NCBI GenBank assembly: GCA_001644455.1
Contig: LSTF01000058.1
Span: 3,879 to 67,878, forward strand
From: Betaproteobacteria bacterium SCGC AG-212-J23
GTDB lineage: Bacteria; Pseudomonadota; Gammaproteobacteria; Burkholderiales; SG8-39
Direction: 5' to 3'
Length of the DNA stretch: 64,000 bases
Shown: piece by piece, positions 1 to 9,518 of the stretch
Layout: every line of letters begins with the position of its first letter
Position numbering within the stretch: position 1 is the first letter of the stretch
Translations under genes and position numbers: made by a program
The notes under the pieces: model-generated
The model's input: the letters and a program-made list of their open reading frames with translations, nothing else
What the model was told of the DNA's origin: nothing
The model's database searches: none

Positions 1-942
1 CAGGGCGGCATCTACGCCCCCGCGGTGCGGCTGAACAAGGTCGGCGGCAAATGGGTATCGATGCCCTGGTCGCTCGTGCCCTCGCTCGTCGCCTACCGCA
101 AGTCCTGGTTCGACGAGGTCGGCGCCAAGAGCTTCCCGAAGACCTGGCAGGAGTACCTCGCCACCGGAAAGAAGCTGAAGGCGAACAAGCACCCGATCGG
201 ACAGACGCTCGGCAACACCTTCGGCGACGCGCCGACCTTCACCTATCCGCTGCTGTGGTCGTTCGGCGGCCAGGAAGTCGACGGCAAGGGCAAGGTGGTG
301 CTCAACTCGAAGGCCACCCTCCAGTCGGTGAAGTTCATGGTGCAGTTCTGGAAGGACGCGTGCGACGAAGGCGGCCTCGCCTGGGACGACTCGAACAACA
401 ACCGCTCGTTCCTCTCCGGCGACATCAGCGCCACGGTGAACGGCGCCTCGATCTACGTCGCGGCGCTGAACGCCCCTGACAAGTTCAAGACCGAGAAGGG
501 CGAGCCGCTGCATACCGACATCCTGCACTCGCCGCTGCCCGCCGGCCCCAACGGCGTGCACAACTACCACACCGCGCATAACCACATGGTGATGAAGTAC
601 TCGAAGAACCAGAAGGGCGCGATCGAGTTCCTGCGCTGGGCGCACAAGCCGGAGAACCTGGAGAAGTGGATCGTGGTGCAGAAGGGCTACGCCGTCGGCA
701 CCACGAAAGTCTGGGAGAAGCACCCGATGTGGAAGGACTACCCAGTCATGGCGCCGTTCAAAACCGCTGCGGCCGGGCAGTCGCGCCTGATGGGCCACGC
801 CGGTGAGCCGAACGGCAAGGCCGCGGAGGCCTGGAACAAGTTCATCGTCACGGTGATGTACGCGCAGGCCTGCAGCGGCAAGATGACGCCCGAGGAATCG
901 GTGAAGTGGGCCGCGGGCGAGCTCGGCAAGATCTACACCTGA
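1..942 (+). CDS. ABC transporter periplasmic substrate-binding protein, sugar/family-1 type (5' end outside window)
   Basis: Frame is open from base 1 to TGA 940-942 (track ORF 25..942 is the in-window part). The sequence (LVAYRKSWFDEVG, GQTLGNTFGDAP, LLWSFGG) reads as an extracellular solute-binding protein. Two permeases and an ATPase follow. Confidence 0.8.
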   Translation, partial: QGGIYAPAVRLNKVGGKWVSMPWSLVPSLVAYRKSWFDEVGAKSFPKTWQEYLATGKKLKANKHPIGQTLGNTFGDAPTFTYPLLWSFGGQEVDGKGKVVLNSKATLQSVKFMVQFWKDACDEGGLAWDDSNNNRSFLSGDISATVNGASIYVAALNAPDKFKTEKGEPLHTDILHSPLPAGPNGVHNYHTAHNHMVMKYSKNQKGAIEFLRWAHKPENLEKWIVVQKGYAVGTTKVWEKHPMWKDYPVMAPFKTAAAGQSRLMGHAGEPNGKAAEAWNKFIVTVMYAQACSGKMTPEESVKWAAGELGKIYT

Positions 943-1850
943 GAGCCGAGCAAGTCCGCGTCTCGCGGCTGACGCGGCTGCTGGAGAGCGAGAAGGCTCT
1001 GGCGGCCGCGTTGCTTGCGCCCGGGGTGGCGATCCTGGTGATTTTCATCGCCTACCCGTTCGTCATGGCGCTCTGGTACTCGCTCACTTCGATCCGGGTG
1101 GGCGACCCCGGCCATTTCGTCGGCCTCGACAACTTCACGAAGGCGCTGAACGACCTCATCTTCCAGCAGGCGTTCAAGAACACGGTCTTCTACACGTTCT
1201 GGGCGACGATCTTCAAGCTCGCGCTCGGCATGTGGCTCGCGCTGCTGCTCAACCGGAGCTTCCGCTTCAAGCGCATCGTGCGCGCTTCGATGCTGCTGCC
1301 GTTCATCATTCCGACGGTGCTCTCCGCCTTCGCCTGGCGCTGGATGTTCGACCCGACCTTCAGCGTGATGAACTGGGCGCTCTACCACGGCGGCATCATC
1401 ACCGATCGCCTCCCGTTCCTCTCCAGCGGCGACTGGGCGATGTGGTGCGCGGTGCTGGTCAACACCTGGCGCGGCATGCCGTTCTTCGCCATCACGCTGC
1501 TCGCCGGCCTGCAGACCATCAGCCCCGACCTGCACGAGGCGGCGGCGCTCGACGGCGCGAACGCGTGGCACCGCTTCTGGAACGTGACCTGGCCGCTGCT
1601 CCTGCCGGTGACGCTGGTGGTGGTGGTGTTCTCGGTGATCCAGACCTTCTCCGACTTCCAGCTGATCTACGTGCTGACCGGCGGCGGACCGGCGAACTCC
1701 ACGCACCTCATCGCCACCTACGCCTACCAGATCGGCGTCGGCTCCGGGCTCCTCGGCGAGGGCGCTGCGCTGTCGCTCTTCATGTTCCCGGTGCTCTTCG
1801 CCGTGGTGTGGGTGCAGCTGCGCTACCTGAAGCGGATGGAAAATGGCTGA
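906..1850 (+). CDS. ABC transporter permease (MalF/UgpA type)
   Basis: Track ORF with a multi-TM profile and an EAA-loop motif (HEAAALDGANAWHRFWNVTWPLL). ATG 906 is the only canonical start in frame and overlaps the upstream gene by 37 nt, so the start is uncertain. Confidence 0.85.
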   Translation: MGRGRARQDLHLRAEQVRVSRLTRLLESEKALAAALLAPGVAILVIFIAYPFVMALWYSLTSIRVGDPGHFVGLDNFTKALNDLIFQQAFKNTVFYTFWATIFKLALGMWLALLLNRSFRFKRIVRASMLLPFIIPTVLSAFAWRWMFDPTFSVMNWALYHGGIITDRLPFLSSGDWAMWCAVLVNTWRGMPFFAITLLAGLQTISPDLHEAAALDGANAWHRFWNVTWPLLLPVTLVVVVFSVIQTFSDFQLIYVLTGGGPANSTHLIATYAYQIGVGSGLLGEGAALSLFMFPVLFAVVWVQLRYLKRMENG

Positions 1851-1862
1851 GATGCGCGCCTG

Positions 1863-2714
1863 ATGCTCATCGAGCGGAAATGGAAGAAGTGGGTGTTCTT
1901 CTACCTGCCGATGGCGGTGTTCATCGTCTTCACGCTGTTCCCGTTCTACTGGATGGCGATCACCGCCTTCCGCCCCGATAACGAGCTCTACGCCACCTGG
2001 CGCCAGCCCAACGCGGCGCCGCTCTGGACGCTGCACCCGACGCTCGAGCACTTCGTCGGCCTGATGAAGACCACCGCGTTCCCGACCTGGCTGTGGAACA
2101 CGATGGCGATCGCGCTGGTCGCGACCGGTATCTCGCTCGTCTGCGGCATGTTCGCCGGCTACGCGCTGGCGCGCCTGAAGTTCCGCGGCTCGGAGTTCCT
2201 CGGCACCGCGATCTTCATCACCTACCTCGTGCCGCAGACGCTGCTCTTCATCCCGCTCGCCGACATCGTGCGCGACCTGCAGCTCGGCAACACGCCCTGG
2301 GCGCTGATGCTCACCTACCCGACCTTCCTCATTCCGTTCTGCACCTGGCTGCTGATGGGCTACTTCAAGACCATCCCCAAGGAGCTCGAGGAATGCGCGC
2401 GCATCGACGGCGCGACGCGCTTCGGCGCGATGGTGCGCATCATCTTCCCGGTGGCGATCCCCGGCATCCTTTCCGCCGGCATCTTCGCCTTCACGCTGTC
2501 GTGGAACGAATTCATCTACGCGCTCATCTTCATGTCTTCCGCCGACCAGAAGACCGTGCCGGTGGGCGTGGTCTCGGAGCTGATCCGCGGCGACATCTTC
2601 TTCTGGGGCCAGCTGATGATGGGCGCTCTGCTCGGCTCGGTGCCGGTCGCGATCGTCTATTCGTTCTTCGTCGAGTACTACGTGACGGGGCTGACAGGCT
2701 CGGTAAAAGGTTAA
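1863..2714 (+). CDS. ABC transporter permease (MalG/UgpE type)
   Basis: Track ORF with a multi-TM profile and an EAA-loop motif (LEECARIDGATRFGAMVRIIFPVAIPG). Confidence 0.9.
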   Translation: MLIERKWKKWVFFYLPMAVFIVFTLFPFYWMAITAFRPDNELYATWRQPNAAPLWTLHPTLEHFVGLMKTTAFPTWLWNTMAIALVATGISLVCGMFAGYALARLKFRGSEFLGTAIFITYLVPQTLLFIPLADIVRDLQLGNTPWALMLTYPTFLIPFCTWLLMGYFKTIPKELEECARIDGATRFGAMVRIIFPVAIPGILSAGIFAFTLSWNEFIYALIFMSSADQKTVPVGVVSELIRGDIFFWGQLMMGALLGSVPVAIVYSFFVEYYVTGLTGSVKG

Positions 2715-2728
2715 AGAGCAAGGCTGAA

Positions 2729-3799
2729 ATGGCGATCGTCACCATCCGCGACCTGAACAAGAAGTACGAGAACGGCTTTCACGCGGTGAAGGACGTCAAC
2801 CTCGAGATCCGCGACAAGGAATTCATGGTGCTCGTCGGCCCCTCGGGCTGCGGCAAGACCACGACGCTGCGCATGGTCGCCGGGCTGGAGGAGATCACCT
2901 CGGGCGAGATCCGCATCGGCGAGCGGGTGGTGAACGACCTGCCGCCGATGGACCGCGACATCGCCATGGTGTTCCAGAACTACGCCCTCTACCCGCACAA
3001 GACCGTGTTCGACAACATGGCCTTCGGCCTGCAGATGCGGAAGTATCCGAAGGACGAAGTGCTGAAGCGCGTGCGGGACGCCGCCGATATCCTCGGCATC
3101 GAAGCTCTCCTCGAGCGCAAGCCGCGCCAGCTTTCCGGCGGCCAGCGCCAGCGCGTCGCGGTCGGGCGCGCCATCGTGCGCCACCCGCAGGTGTTCCTGT
3201 TCGACGAGCCGCTCTCAAACCTCGACGCCAAGCTGCGCGTGCAGATGCGCGTGGAGCTGAAGCGCCTGCACGAGCGTCTCGAGACCACCGCGATCTACGT
3301 CACCCACGACCAGGTCGAGGCGATGACGCTCGGCACGCGCGTGGTCGTAATGAAGGACGGCTACGTGCAACAGGTGGGCGAACCGCTCGTCCTGTACGGC
3401 CAGCCGGCCAACAAGTTCGTCGCCGGCTTCATCGGCTCGCCGGCGATGAACTTCGTCGACGTCTCGATCTCAGGCGATGGCCGGCACGCCGAAACCGAGG
3501 GCCTGCGTCTGAACGTTCCGGATCGCATCCGCGCGCACGGCGGCAAGCGGCTGACGCTCGGCGTCCGTCCCGAAGCCTTGCGCATCGCCAACGGATCGGA
3601 TGAGCACGGCTTCGCGACGAAGGTCGACGTAGTCGAGCCGCTCGGCAACGAGATCCTGCTCAACTTCCGCGCCGGTGGTGCGCCGATGGTCGCTCGCGTC
3701 GATCCCGGCGTGCGGCTGAAGGCGCACGAAAGCGTCCGCTTCGCCGTCGATCCTGAACGGCTGCACTTCTTCGACGCGACGTCCGAAGCCGCCCTCTAG
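2729..3799 (+). CDS. ABC transporter ATP-binding protein (MalK/UgpC type)
   Basis: ATG 2729 is residue 213 of track ORF 2093..3799; the upstream part is an out-of-frame shadow of the permease. Walker A GPSGCGKTT, signature LSGGQRQR, Walker B VFLFDEPLS. Confidence 0.92.
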   Translation: MAIVTIRDLNKKYENGFHAVKDVNLEIRDKEFMVLVGPSGCGKTTTLRMVAGLEEITSGEIRIGERVVNDLPPMDRDIAMVFQNYALYPHKTVFDNMAFGLQMRKYPKDEVLKRVRDAADILGIEALLERKPRQLSGGQRQRVAVGRAIVRHPQVFLFDEPLSNLDAKLRVQMRVELKRLHERLETTAIYVTHDQVEAMTLGTRVVVMKDGYVQQVGEPLVLYGQPANKFVAGFIGSPAMNFVDVSISGDGRHAETEGLRLNVPDRIRAHGGKRLTLGVRPEALRIANGSDEHGFATKVDVVEPLGNEILLNFRAGGAPMVARVDPGVRLKAHESVRFAVDPERLHFFDATSEAAL

Positions 3800-4830
3800 A
3801 AGGTAATTACAGCCTTGCCGGTCGACTGGGTGTCGAACACGCGGTAGGCCTCGCTCGCCTGGTCGAGCTTCCAGCGGTGGGAGAAGATCTTCTCCAGCTG
3901 GATGCCGTTGTCGACGACGAAGCGCGCGCATTCCGCCTGCCCCATCGCGCTGAAGGTCCAGGAGCCGATGAGGGTCAACTGCTTCCTCAGCATATCGGGG
4001 CTGACATTGATGGTGACGTCGCCGCCCTCACCGACGAAGCACACCGTGCCCCAGGTCTTCGCGCAGCGGATCGCGGCGATGCGCGCCTCGGAGATTCCCG
4101 TGGTATCGAGGGCGAGATCGACGCCCTCTCCTTTCGTCAGGTCTTTCAGGGAATCGGCTGAATCGATTGCCACGTCGGCGCCGAACTGCTTCGCCAGCGC
4201 GCGGCGTTCCGCGTTTTTCTCGACGGCAATCACGCGCATGCCCATCTTCGCGCCGAGGAGGGTCGCGCTGATCCCGACCGGCCCCTGACCGAATACCGCC
4301 AGCGTCGACCCGCCGACGGCGTTCATCCGCCGCAGCGCCCCATAGGCCGTGCCGGTGCCGCAGGAGACTGCCGCGCCCTCGACGAAGGACAACTCGTCGG
4401 GCAGCGGCACGAGCGTGCGCGCCGGAACCTTGAGGTATTGCGCGTGGCCGCCGTGCGCGGTCACGCCATAGACCGTGATGCCCGCCTTGCAGAGCTGCGA
4501 CCAGCCGACGCGGCAGTGCTTGCACACGCCGCAGCCGGCGTAGTGGTGGTCCATCACGCGCTGGCCGATCGGCGCTTCCTTCTCCGAGACGCCGGGGCCG
4601 CGCGCCGCGACCACCCCGCAGGGCTCGTGGCCGCCGATGAAGGGCTCGGCATCGGCGCTGAAGCCGAGCGATTTCTGTGCTTCGCCGGGCGGCGAGCGGT
4701 AGAACTTGAGGTCCGAGCCGCACAGGCCCGAGGCCTTCATCTCGATCACCACCTCGCCCGGCCCGGGCGTGGGATCGGGAAAGTTGCGGATTTCGACCTT
4801 CCGGTCGCCGAGAAAGACCGCGCCGCGCAT
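3796..4830 (-). CDS. Zn-dependent medium-chain alcohol/polyol dehydrogenase
   Basis: Track ORF with GHEPCGVV, a structural-Zn Cys cluster (CGVCKHCRVGWSQLC) and the nucleotide loop FGQGPVG. Its stop shares the tetranucleotide CTAG with the convergent ATPase gene. Confidence 0.88.
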   Translation of the reverse strand: MRGAVFLGDRKVEIRNFPDPTPGPGEVVIEMKASGLCGSDLKFYRSPPGEAQKSLGFSADAEPFIGGHEPCGVVAARGPGVSEKEAPIGQRVMDHHYAGCGVCKHCRVGWSQLCKAGITVYGVTAHGGHAQYLKVPARTLVPLPDELSFVEGAAVSCGTGTAYGALRRMNAVGGSTLAVFGQGPVGISATLLGAKMGMRVIAVEKNAERRALAKQFGADVAIDSADSLKDLTKGEGVDLALDTTGISEARIAAIRCAKTWGTVCFVGEGGDVTINVSPDMLRKQLTLIGSWTFSAMGQAECARFVVDNGIQLEKIFSHRWKLDQASEAYRVFDTQSTGKAVITF

Positions 4831-4839
4831 GCGCCGATT

Positions 4840-5910
4840 CTATAGCCGGGGAAGGACCTTCTCGGCCATGAGCTCCATCGAGCGACGCATGGCCCTCGGG
4901 TCGGCCCAGTCGTGGCCGCAATAGAGCAGGCGTCCGAACGGCCCGACCTGCTCGCGGAAGGCGTGCAGCTTGTCGACCACCTCGCTCACCGTCCCGGCGA
5001 TCAGCAGCTGCGAGACCAGATAGTCGTCGGTCAGCGCTTCATCGGCAACGGAAGGCTCGTGCTTGAAGAGGGCGCTGCCGCGGGTGCGTTGCGCCTTGCG
5101 CTGCAGATTGCGGAAATAGTAGGCGAAGGGATTGCCGGGATCGCGCGTCATGCGGCGCAGCGTCGCGTCGTCGTCGGCGATGAAGATGCTCTTCGCCACG
5201 CGCCAATCCTCGCCCTTCGCTTCTCGTCCAGACTTCGCGCAACCCTCGACGTACTTCGGCCAATGCGTCTTCACCACCCAGGGATGGACGAAGTTGGCGG
5301 AGATCGGCGTCCAGCCGCGCGCCGCGGCCGCGGCGATGCCGTTCGAGTTCGGCAGGATCGCCGTGACGACGATCGGCGGGTGCGGCTTCTGGAAGGGCTT
5401 GAGCATCCCGCCCATGCCGAGGTCCGGCGTCCAGGTGCGCTCGGTCGTGAGGCGCCACTTGCGGCCCGCGAGCTGGTACGGCGGCTCCTTCGTCCAGAGC
5501 GCGAGCATGTGCTCCATCGATTCGACGAACAGCGCGTTACGGTCCTCGTCCATGCTTTGCATCATCTCGGCATCGGAGGGCAGGCCTCCTGGACCGACGC
5601 CGAGAATGAAGCGGCCTTCGAGCATCGTGTCGACCATGGCGATCTCGGCCGCGGTCGCCGCCGGATGGCGATTCGCCAGGTTGACGGTGCCGCTGCCGAG
5701 CTTGATGCGTTTCGTGTCGCGGGCCAGTGAAGCGATGAAAATCAGGCACGAGGTGATGGTCTCGGCGAGGTCGGTGAGGTGCTCGCCGATGAACGCCTCC
5801 TCGAAGCCCAGCTTCTCAGCGAGGAGGATCGCCTCGCGATCTTCGGCGAGCGTCTGCCGCCAGTCCCTGCCCACGGGATGCAGGGGCATGGTGAAGAAAC
5901 CGAGCTTCAC
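4840..5910 (-). CDS. LLM-class (luciferase-like) flavin-dependent monooxygenase/oxidoreductase
   Basis: GTG 5910 is residue 55 of track ORF 4840..6072 and gives the N-terminus (M)KLGFFTMPLHP typical of the family. It overlaps the dctM-type stop as GTGA. An alternative ATG lies at 5889. Confidence 0.8.
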   Translation of the reverse strand: MKLGFFTMPLHPVGRDWRQTLAEDREAILLAEKLGFEEAFIGEHLTDLAETITSCLIFIASLARDTKRIKLGSGTVNLANRHPAATAAEIAMVDTMLEGRFILGVGPGGLPSDAEMMQSMDEDRNALFVESMEHMLALWTKEPPYQLAGRKWRLTTERTWTPDLGMGGMLKPFQKPHPPIVVTAILPNSNGIAAAAARGWTPISANFVHPWVVKTHWPKYVEGCAKSGREAKGEDWRVAKSIFIADDDATLRRMTRDPGNPFAYYFRNLQRKAQRTRGSALFKHEPSVADEALTDDYLVSQLLIAGTVSEVVDKLHAFREQVGPFGRLLYCGHDWADPRAMRRSMELMAEKVLPRL

Positions 5911-7226
5911 TTCAAAAGTTCGGGGGCGATGAGCTTCGGCAGGATGAGCGGAATCTCGGGGAACAGGATGATCGCCGCCAGCATGAGCAGCATCGGTACC
6001 AGCATGATCGCCGTATCCTTGAGCGCAAACTTGAGCGGCACCTTCGCCACCGCGCAGGAGATCATCAGGCACAGGCCGTAAGGCGGCGTGACCAGCCCGA
6101 AGGCGAGCGAGACGATGCCGATGATGGCGAAGTGGATCGGGTGCATGCCGACCGACGCCGCGAGGGGCTGCAGGATCGTGCCGACGATGATGATCGCGGG
6201 GATGGCGTCGAGGAAGCAGCCGACCACGAGAAACACGAAGGCGATGAAGAAGCCGACGCCGGTGATGCCCATGCCCCAGGTCGTCACGTTGGCGAGCAGC
6301 GCTTTCGGAATCTGGTAGTAGGCGAGCAGCCAGCCGAAGGCGGATGCCGTGCCCACGCAGAACAGCGCGACGGCCGAGAGCCGGCCGGTCTCGAGAAGCG
6401 AGTGGTACAGCTTGTCCCAGCCCAGCTCGCGATAGAAGAAGGCGGAGAGCACCGCCGCGTAGAGCACTGCGATGGCCGCCGACTCGGTGGCGGTGAACCA
6501 GCCGAGCAGGATGCCGCCGACAATGATGAACGGGGTGAAGAGCGCCGGCAGCGACTCCCAGCCCGAGACGAAAAACTCCTTCAGCGTGGCGCGCGGATAG
6601 ACCGGGTAGTTGTAGATCTTCGAGTAGACATGCACAGTCGCCATCTGCGCCGCGGCGATCAACAGCCCCGGCAGGATGCCCGCGAGGTACATGGCGCCGA
6701 TGGAAGTCGAGATGACGCCGCCCCAGACGATCATCAGGATCGAAGGCGGAATGATCACCGCAAGCACCGCCGACACCGCGGTAATGGCGATGGAGAAAGA
6801 CAGGCCGTAGCCTTCCTTCACCTGCGCGTCGATGAAGATCTTCGACTGGCTCGCCGCATCTGCGGTGGAGGAGCCGGAGATGCCGGCGAAGAACACCGAC
6901 AGCAGCACGTTGATCTGCGCCAGCGCGCCCGGAAAGTGTCCGACCATGGTGCGCGACAACTTCACCAGGCGGTCGGTGATGCCGCCGATGTTCATCAGGT
7001 TCGCGGTCAGCAGGAAGAACGGCACCGCGAGCAGGATGAAGGAGTTGTAGGCGTTGAAGGTCTCCTGCACCAGGCTCTGCATGGAGAGCCGCTCCTCGAA
7101 GAGCATCGCCGGCAGGCAGGCGAGTCCGAGCGCGAACGCCACCGGCACGCGCAGCACGAGGAGGAGGAAGAAGGTGCCGAACAGGATCAGCGCCGCGGTC
7201 CCGGGCGAGAGCAGGCCGCCGCTCAT
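5907..7226 (-). CDS. TRAP transporter large permease (DctM type)
   Basis: Track ORF, 439 aa, highly hydrophobic multi-TM protein with a DctM-like sequence. ATGA overlap with the small permease gene. Confidence 0.92.
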   Translation of the reverse strand: MSGGLLSPGTAALILFGTFFLLLVLRVPVAFALGLACLPAMLFEERLSMQSLVQETFNAYNSFILLAVPFFLLTANLMNIGGITDRLVKLSRTMVGHFPGALAQINVLLSVFFAGISGSSTADAASQSKIFIDAQVKEGYGLSFSIAITAVSAVLAVIIPPSILMIVWGGVISTSIGAMYLAGILPGLLIAAAQMATVHVYSKIYNYPVYPRATLKEFFVSGWESLPALFTPFIIVGGILLGWFTATESAAIAVLYAAVLSAFFYRELGWDKLYHSLLETGRLSAVALFCVGTASAFGWLLAYYQIPKALLANVTTWGMGITGVGFFIAFVFLVVGCFLDAIPAIIIVGTILQPLAASVGMHPIHFAIIGIVSLAFGLVTPPYGLCLMISCAVAKVPLKFALKDTAIMLVPMLLMLAAIILFPEIPLILPKLIAPELLK

Positions 7227-7744
7227 TCCGCGGCCTCCAGATGCTTCGCCTCGACCTTTGGCTGCGCGCGGCCGGCGAGGACCATCGCCGCGTCGTACAT
7301 GCGCTCGCTCTGGAAGACGAACCAGGTCAGGCCCGTGACCGGCCAGGCGACGTGAATCATCCAGAGCGGCAGGTCGGCAAGCTCGGAGACGCGGTTCCAG
7401 GCGAAACGCGTGAACTCCCAGCCCGCCCAGAGAAACACGAAGGCGAAGAGCAGGATGAAGACGCTCGACGCAAGCTGCAGCGCGGCGGTGGCCTTCGCGC
7501 CGAGGTCAGGCCAGACGTCGACTTCGAAATGCGAGCCTTCGCGCACGCCGATCATCGCGCCGATCATCACCATCCAGATGAAGAGAAAGCGCGCCATCTC
7601 CTCGGTCCAGATATAGGCCGGGATCAGCTGCGTATAGCGCGAAAAGATCTGCAGGCTGACCGGGATGATCAGCACCGCGACCGAGAAGGCGAGCAGCCAC
7701 GACAGCAGCCGCGCGTACCACAGCGTGAAACCGCGAACCATCAA
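7223..7744 (-). CDS. TRAP transporter small permease (DctQ type)
   Basis: Track ORF, 173 aa with 4 predicted TM segments, positioned between DctP- and DctM-type genes. Confidence 0.88.
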   Translation of the reverse strand: MMVRGFTLWYARLLSWLLAFSVAVLIIPVSLQIFSRYTQLIPAYIWTEEMARFLFIWMVMIGAMIGVREGSHFEVDVWPDLGAKATAALQLASSVFILLFAFVFLWAGWEFTRFAWNRVSELADLPLWMIHVAWPVTGLTWFVFQSERMYDAAMVLAGRAQPKVEAKHLEAAE

Positions 7745-7752
7745 GACGAACG

Positions 7753-8724
7753 CTATTTGATGGCGTTGATCTTGGCGTAGATGCCGTCGGCGCCGATCTC
7801 TTTCGCGTACTCGGCCATCACCGGGTCGGCCAGCTTCTTCATCTGCGCGCGGTCGGTGAACTTCACGCGCGTCAGCTTGCCGGCCTTCTCCAGCGCGATC
7901 AGCTTCTGCTCGTCTTCGCTCGACTCGAGCTTGCGGCCGTAGGCGCCGGCTTCCTTGCCGGCCTTGAGGATCGCCTGCTGCATGTTCTTGTCGAGCTTGT
8001 TGAAGGTCTTGGCCGAGAAGCAGATCGGCCGGATGGTGATCGCATGCTGCGTCATCGAGAGCTGCGGCGCGACTTCGTAGAACTTCATCTGCTCCACGCC
8101 CGCGGCTTCGTTCTCGCCGGCGGAGATGACGTTGTTCTGGATGGCGTTGTAGATCTCGTTATAGGCGATCACGGTCGGTGCCATGCCGATGGCGGCGAAG
8201 GTCTTCGACCAGATCGGCGCGCCCTGGACGCGCACCTTGAGGCCCTTCATCTCCTTGAGGTTGTGCACCGGCTTGTTGACGAAGATGTTGCGCGTGCCGC
8301 CGCCGGCGTAGCCGATCAGCATCACCTCGGCCTTCTGGTTGATCTCGTCGGCGACCGGCTTGAGCAGGTCGGCGTCGAGCACCTTGTTCCAGTGGTTCAG
8401 GTCGCGGAACAGGAACGGCGCGTCGATGAACGGCGCCGCCTTGGAGAAGGTGGACATGTGCGCCGGCGAAACGATGCCGTAGTCGACCGCCTTGCCCTGC
8501 GCCATGTATTCGAAGTACTGCTTTTCCAGGCCGAGCTCGCTGTTCTTGTGCAGCACCCAGTTGGTCTTCTTCCCGGAATACTTGTCGGTCAGCTCCTGGA
8601 AGCGCACCAGCGCGCGCGTGAACACATGCTCATCAGGAAACTGCACCGCGCCGTGCATGGTCAACTGCGCGTTCACGTTGGCCGAAAACAGCGCCGCGAT
8701 CGCGGCGAAAAGAGTTCCCCTCAT
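7753..8724 (-). CDS. TRAP transporter substrate-binding protein (DctP type)
   Basis: ATG 8724 is residue 170 of track ORF 7753..9231 and is preceded by AGGAGAGGAG. Signal peptide MRGTLFAAIAALFSANVNA. The anion-pairing Arg is conserved in YAGGGTRNIF. Confidence 0.9.
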   Translation of the reverse strand: MRGTLFAAIAALFSANVNAQLTMHGAVQFPDEHVFTRALVRFQELTDKYSGKKTNWVLHKNSELGLEKQYFEYMAQGKAVDYGIVSPAHMSTFSKAAPFIDAPFLFRDLNHWNKVLDADLLKPVADEINQKAEVMLIGYAGGGTRNIFVNKPVHNLKEMKGLKVRVQGAPIWSKTFAAIGMAPTVIAYNEIYNAIQNNVISAGENEAAGVEQMKFYEVAPQLSMTQHAITIRPICFSAKTFNKLDKNMQQAILKAGKEAGAYGRKLESSEDEQKLIALEKAGKLTRVKFTDRAQMKKLADPVMAEYAKEIGADGIYAKINAIK

Positions 8725-9518
8725 GACGATCTCCTCTCCTCTTTGATGGTGATGCGCCACAGCGTGCGCGGATCGTTCGGGTCGATCAGCGTCGCCGAAT
8801 GCAGCAGCGAGGCATTGTCCCAGATAACCACGTCGCCGACCCCGTATTTGAGACGGTACCGGTACTTCTCCTGCGTCGCGTGGTGCTTCAGCTCGTCGAG
8901 CAGATCGACCGCCTCGTCCTCGGGCATTCCCTCGATACCGAACGAGCTGCCCGAGACCGCATAGAGCGCGATGCGCCCGGTGACGGGATGCTTCCTCGCC
9001 ACCGGATGGCGCACCCAGGCCATCTTCTTCTCCTGATCTTCGCTGAGAACCGAGGCGACCGTCCGCGAGCGCTTGTCCTGGTCGTCGCGGTTGCCGTAGT
9101 GGTGCAGCGCAATAAGGCCGTCGACCTTCTTCTTCATCGACGAGGGCAGATCGTCGTACGCCGCGTACTGGTCCGCGAACAGCGTATCGCCGCCGACCTT
9201 CGGCACCTGGATCGAGTAGAGCATCGTGCAACGAGCCGGCACGTCGAGGTACGAATAATCGGTGTGGAAGTACGTGCCCGCGTCGGCGAGTCCGGTCGGC
9301 TTGCCGTCCTTCTGCACGTTGGAAAGGATCAGGATGTCGGCGTGCTCGGGATGGTGGAACTGATCGATGACGTGCGGCTCGGGACGCCCGAACTGCCGCG
9401 CGAACTCGAGGAACTGCGCGGCGCTGAATTTCTGGTTGCGGAACACCAGCACCTGCGCGGCGAAGAACGCGTCCCAGACCTCGCGAAAGTCGCGCGGGAT
9501 GCGATCCATCTCCCTCAT
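8721..9518 (-). CDS. TauD/TfdA-family Fe(II)/2-oxoglutarate dioxygenase (short N-terminus)
   Basis: ATG 9518 is residue 49 of track ORF 8721..9662 and overlaps the Gfo/Idh stop as ATGA. Motifs: VLVFRNQ, the HxD facial-triad element in YFHTDYSY, and WDNASLLHSAT. Confidence 0.82.
   Translation of the reverse strand: MREMDRIPRDFREVWDAFFAAQVLVFRNQKFSAAQFLEFARQFGRPEPHVIDQFHHPEHADILILSNVQKDGKPTGLADAGTYFHTDYSYLDVPARCTMLYSIQVPKVGGDTLFADQYAAYDDLPSSMKKKVDGLIALHHYGNRDDQDKRSRTVASVLSEDQEKKMAWVRHPVARKHPVTGRIALYAVSGSSFGIEGMPEDEAVDLLDELKHHATQEKYRYRLKYGVGDVVIWDNASLLHSATLIDPNDPRTLWRITIKEERRSS

Noticed and set aside
933-2051. Long antisense ORFs opposite well-supported genes. Examples: 933..2051(-), 16657..18756(+), 25523..27274(-), 27743..29062(-), 29224..30564(-), 39036..40049(+), 41180..43051(+), 43069..45093(+), 50058..51461(+), 51490..52617(-).
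   Set aside because: They are typical shadow ORFs of GC-rich DNA. They are Arg/Ala/Gly/Pro/His-rich with no recognisable motifs, and each lies opposite a gene with unmistakable family signatures.
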